From NCBI RefSeq assembly GCF_044704955.1, contig NW_027254409.1, positions 310,001-374,000 on the forward strand: 64,000 nucleotides of DNA, written 5' to 3'. The notes beneath the pieces are model-generated. The model was not told the origin of the DNA. It was given only the letters and a program-made list of their open reading frames with translations, and made no database searches. The stretch is from Pristiophorus japonicus. Lineage: Eukaryota. Below are positions 63,046 through 64,000 of the stretch, one piece after another. Each line of letters starts with the position of its first letter. Within the stretch, counting starts at the first letter, position 1. The position numbers and the translations under genes are program-made.

Positions 63046-64000
63046 TAAGAACATAAGAACATAAGAATTAGGAACAGGAGAAGGCCATCTAGCCTCTCGA
63101 TCCTGCTCCGCCATTCAACAAGATCAGGGCTGATCTGGGCTTGGACTCAGCTCCACTTACCCGCCCGCTCCCCATAACCCTTAATTCCCTTATTGGTTAA
63201 AAATCTATCTATCTGTGAATTGAATACATTCAATGAGCTATCCTCAATTCCTCCCCTTTGCAGAGAATTCCACAGATTCACAACTTTGTTGGAGAAGAAA
63301 TTCCTTCTCAACTCAGTTTTAAATTGGCTCACTCGTATTTTGAGTCTCTGCCCCCTAGTTCTAGTCTCCCCGACCAGTGGAAACAACCCCACTGCCTCTA
63401 TCTTGTGTATGCCTGTCATTGTTTGAAATGTTTCTATCGATCACCCCTCATCCTTCTGAACTCCAACGAGTAAAGACCCACTCTACTCAATCTATCATCA
63501 TAAGGTAACCCCCTCATCTCCTGAATCAGCCTCGTGAATCAACTCTGTACCCCCTCCAAAGCTAGTATATCCTTCCTTAAGTAAGGTGGCCAAAACTGCA
63601 CGCAGTACTCCAGGTGCGGCCTCACCAACACCCTATACAGTTGCAGAAGGACCTCCCTGCTTTTGTACTCCATCCCTCTGGCAATGAAGGCCAACATTCC
63701 ATTCGCCTTCCTGATTACCTGCTGCACCTGCAAACTAACATCTTGGGATTCATGGACAAGGACCCCCAGATCCCTCTGCATCGCAGCATGTTATAATTTC
63801 TCCCCATTCAAATAATATTCCCTTTGCGTGTTTTTTTTCTTCAAGGTGGATGACCTCACACTTTCCGACATTGTATTCCATCTGGCAAGCCTTAGCCCAT
63901 TCGCTTAACCTATCTAAATCTCTTTGCATCCTTTCTGTGTCCTCTGCACAACCCGCTTTCCCACTAATCTTTGTGTCATCTGCAAATTTTGTTACACTAC
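63046..64000 (-). mobile_element. CR1 LINE (TAAGAACA-tail subfamily) running off the window end
   Basis: Closely similar to 19465-20430; QRDLGVLVHESQ...[16 protein letters not shown]. Confidence 0.95.

Overview
Repeat-dense vertebrate DNA, almost certainly from a cartilaginous fish (shark or ray). This is inferred from a cluster-type IgM locus, abundant CR1/HER1-type LINEs with TAAGAACA/TAGAAACA tails, and a DeuSINE. No intact host protein-coding gene is evident, and most ORFs in the supplied track are LINE fragments or read-through of tandem repeats. From left to right: (i) 1-15 kb holds C2H2 zinc-finger gene debris with CpG/CCAAT/YY1 promoter elements on both sides of a 4.8-kb 41-bp satellite, plus a 5.3-kb endogenous retrovirus (9054-14366). 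The provirus has two LTRs, a CCCC target-site duplication and a tRNA-Ser PBS. It has lost recognisable gag/PR/RT/RNaseH but keeps integrase and gamma-type env remnants. (ii) 17-42 kb holds nested CR1 LINEs (one with a nearly complete ORF2), RTE, L2, a MITE, a SINE and a GPR139/GPR142-like GPCR pseudogene. (iii) 43-47 kb holds minisatellite arrays, including an inverted pair, and there is an assembly gap at 48931-49205. (iv) 50.9-63.0 kb holds a pseudogenised IgM heavy-chain cluster (leader, VH, JH, Cmu1-4). The most notable feature is this cluster's configuration: V is already fused to a D in the germline and carries a 22-bp-spacer RSS, facing a J-containing segment with a 12-bp-spacer RSS (a VD-DJ-like, one-step-rearrangeable layout). 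A CR1 insertion disrupts the secretory tailpiece.
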